Positions 60,956-64,000 of a DNA stretch of 64,000 nucleotides are shown in pieces. The translations under genes were made by a program, and so were the position numbers. This DNA is from Anthoceros angustus. Its lineage: Eukaryota; Plantae; Anthocerotophyta. The stretch covers positions 868,001 through 932,000 of the forward strand of contig MU008171.1 of the NCBI GenBank assembly GCA_010909165.1, read 5' to 3'. The first letter of the stretch is position 1. The number at the start of each line of letters is the position of its first letter. The notes under the pieces are model-generated. The model had not been told where the DNA came from and did no database searches. It was given only the letters and a program-made list of their open reading frames with translations.

Positions 60956-63900
60956 CGACTTGAGATACACTCAGACATCTGCGCCCAATGAGCATAGCAG
61001 TTTGGGGCCACTCTTACTTCCTTACTTTTATGGACGAATGGGCGGTACTCCACATTTATTTCTTGCGCCACAAGGATGAGGCCCTCACCGGTTCCAAGAG
61101 TTTGTGTTAGCGGTGAGCGACAAAGGTTTTCAAGTGCACTCTCCGCGACAATGGTGGAGAATACACAAGTGCGACTTTTAATGAGTTCTGCCGATCCAAA
61201 GGGATCCTCCGCCAACTTCATGCCATACTCCTTCTCGAACCCCTATGCGGAGCGACTCAATAGATCACTTCTTGAGATTTCTCGCTCCATTCAAGCTCTC
61301 CTGCCTCTCTCGAGGCTCTTGGGCCAGCGTAGCTTCACTACCTTAAAAGCAGCTTCCTACTAAAGAGCTGCCAGCACTACACCTTTTGAATGGACGTAAC
61401 AAACCTAGAATCTCCCATCTTCGCATCTTGGTAGTCCCGCTTTTGCCCATATACCAGATGCCACCCGTAAGAAATGGGACGACAAAAGTCGCAAGCTTCT
61501 CTTCATTGGCTACTCAGATCAAGTAAAAGCCTACCGTCTAATCAACCCAGCTACTAGAGAGGTAATCCTTTCCCGCAGTGTTCATTTCCATGAATCCCAT
61601 GTCCTCAACACCTATCTTACCTCCCTGTCTACCTCTCTTCCCCACCGTATCTCGGCCTCCTACCTTCTAATTTTCCCTTGCCCTTGAGGGGCCACATCTC
61701 ACTACGAAGAAGAAGAAGACGATATGCAAGCTCAAGAGGAAACTCACCATTCACCCGTTCTGGCCCACTACTCAAGCACCTCCTGTTATACCGGATATAC
61801 CGGCTATTCCACTATCCAAGCCCCACCACTATCCCAGCTCGTATTACCACCGATGACCTCGAGGTGCATCCTTCCTCCACAACCAGCAGGATAATGAGGT
61901 ACACATCCCCGAACTGAACCACCACCTCTTAGGCGATCTACTCGCCATAGACCACCTAGCCATCAATGGAGACATCCACCCCTTGTCCCTAGAGACTCCT
62001 TTTCGCCAAGAGCCTATTCCACTCTGAGCACTAGTTCCCGCTCAAGCCCAGCGACAATAATCGACCAGATGTTGCATTGCATCAAGCCACAGAATTGAGA
62101 TGCAGGATGTACCGCAAGCATAGAAGAAGCCCTTAGCATACAGAATGGAAGGCTTCCGTTCAATCAATATGACTCCTAATTGCCAACAAAACTTGGAAAC
62201 TTCGACCTCATGGGCGCAAGCCGTTTCCGCAAATGGACCTTGAGGAAACTCAACCACGATGGGAATGTTTCAGATACAAGTCTAAAGTAGTAGCCCGAGG
62301 TTTCACCTGTGCAGTTTCACTATGAAGAAAGCAGTTGTTTAGTCCGTTGTCAAGGCAACTTCGATAAGGATACTACTAGCTTTTGCGCTCACCACCACCT
62401 GTATATACACCGTAGATAAGGCGCTTTTCTTTACGGAACCCTACATGAGGACATCTACATGTTACACCACGTGGTTTGTTAAAGATGACAAGGTGTAAAT
62501 TGCTCAAATCCATCTATGGATTAAAGCAATCGGCACAAGTGTGGAATGAGACGGTGGGCGATACACGAAGAAGTGTGGCTTTGCCTCTCATCTCGACACC
62601 GGTGTTTACATCCGAGAACCAACAACGGTGCAATTGTCACCTTATATGAGCGATAATTTCATTTTCGGCAACGGAAGTAATACAATATGTGAAAGATCAT
62701 TATCAAAGTACGACGTTGTTGACATGGGACCTCGCTATGCTCTCGAGTACGCTTTGAATTCAAGGAAGAAGATCACACCTTTTCATCCACCAAGAGCATT
62801 ATGTCATACAACTCTGGAAAGGTTCAACTGAAGGGCGCCAAGCCGTTCCACGCCAATTGCCTCGAGAAAAGGTATCGGTGAGACGGTCCCGGCCTCAAGA
62901 AGTGCAGATGAGGAGCATCCCCTACGGTGAGGTCAGCCGGAAGTTTACTTTATTTATCGATCTGGACAAGGCGGACATATCACAAGCGTGAATATAGTGT
63001 CCGGATATCTCTCTAATCCGGAAGGCGCATTGGACTGCGTCAAGAGGATTCTCCGTTATTTGAAAAGACAAAATCATACGGGCGCTATATAGGTGACCAC
63101 TTATTCTTACCTCCTTTTGATGCAGTTAGGCGGCGACCCGGCGCCGGAGATCAAGCTGCTGCCTCGTATGATTATCAGCGGTGCCTTTGTCTCGTGGGCT
63201 GCAAGAAGATCGGACCATTTGCACTTCATCCATCAAGCAGTATGCGCCGACCTTAGCGACCAAGGAGATACTTTGGATTCGTCAATTCCTACAAGACATT
63301 CATGAGAAGCGGGATGAGGCAACTCGGTGTATTGCGACAACCCGAGAATAGCTATGACACACAATCCGATTTTGCGAGGACCAAGCACGTGGACATTCAA
63401 AGATCATTTTATCCGGCAAGTGGTGGCGAACAATCAAATCTCATTATGCTACATAAGTACAAGCGACAACACGCAGACACGACAAAGGGACTTCCCAAGG
63501 CACTTCACGACAAGCATGTCGAAGGTATCGGGTGTGAATAGAGAAAGCGTGTCGGGCATCGGTGATCGGAAGAAGGGAGCCCCTAGTCACTTCAAAGACC
63601 CACCAAAGACGAACTCCTTGTTCCAATGCTGTTTCGATCCGCTCACAACTTCGACTTTTCACCACTCCGTTCTTGTGTACTCCTTTTTGCTTGAGACTTT
63701 CAATCGCTTATAATCACCTTTCGGATTATGTGACTGCAAGTTTGGAAACCACCGGAGATTAGATACGCTGCTGAAGGCCAAGTTGAGACCACGGTGGCGA
63801 TGAGGCAATCGGATGCAAGCGGTGAATCCGCGGCGAGGGGAGTGTTGGAGCCATAGCGCTACGGAGGAAGCTTCGTTCCCGTTCGATCATTAATGTTAGC

Positions 63901-64000
63901 ACGTTTCGTGCGTGCGTGAAAGAATGTTTTAGTTGCGGGGCCGGTTCCGTTCGTTACCTTTCACACTTATGTCGCGGTTACAACCGCCGAGACACTATAA

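Larger units (their letters stand above)
55472..64000 (+). mobile_element. Degenerate Ty1/copia element; 3' LTR runs off the window
   Basis: LTR sequence gctacggag(g)gaagcttcgttcc...gagacactataa at ~55472 and ~63857. PBS tggtatcgagcc at 55678. PPT gaggggag at 63835-63842. gag (DRFNG..WKMRV), protease (WI..ATTHIC), integrase, RT and RH remnants. Confidence 0.9.

Overview
Eukaryotic, repeat-rich genomic DNA. It is most likely from a non-seed land plant (inferred from germin-like genes with spliceosomal introns, a single-DUF26 gene, an L-type lectin and a PLS-type PPR remnant). The left ~28 kb and right ~11 kb are nested LTR retrotransposons (Ty3/gypsy and Ty1/copia). The middle (~28.7-53.4 kb) holds a birth-and-death cluster of secreted, defence-type genes interrupted by one full-length copia: about six germin-like copies (two intact), a legume lectin and a DUF26/Gnk2-like protein. 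The standout is a ~9.7 kb Ty3/gypsy element (3811-13480). Its pol carries a C5-cytosine DNA methyltransferase domain between protease and RT, and a PHD finger at the integrase C-terminus. It has split direct repeats (X...Y-X-Y) instead of two identical LTRs, and a 16-bp self-complementary site where a tRNA primer-binding site would be expected. Many frameshifts and several 0.8-1.25 kb tandem duplications suggest an error-prone assembly, so intact versus pseudogene status is often uncertain. Coordinates of degenerate features are approximate.
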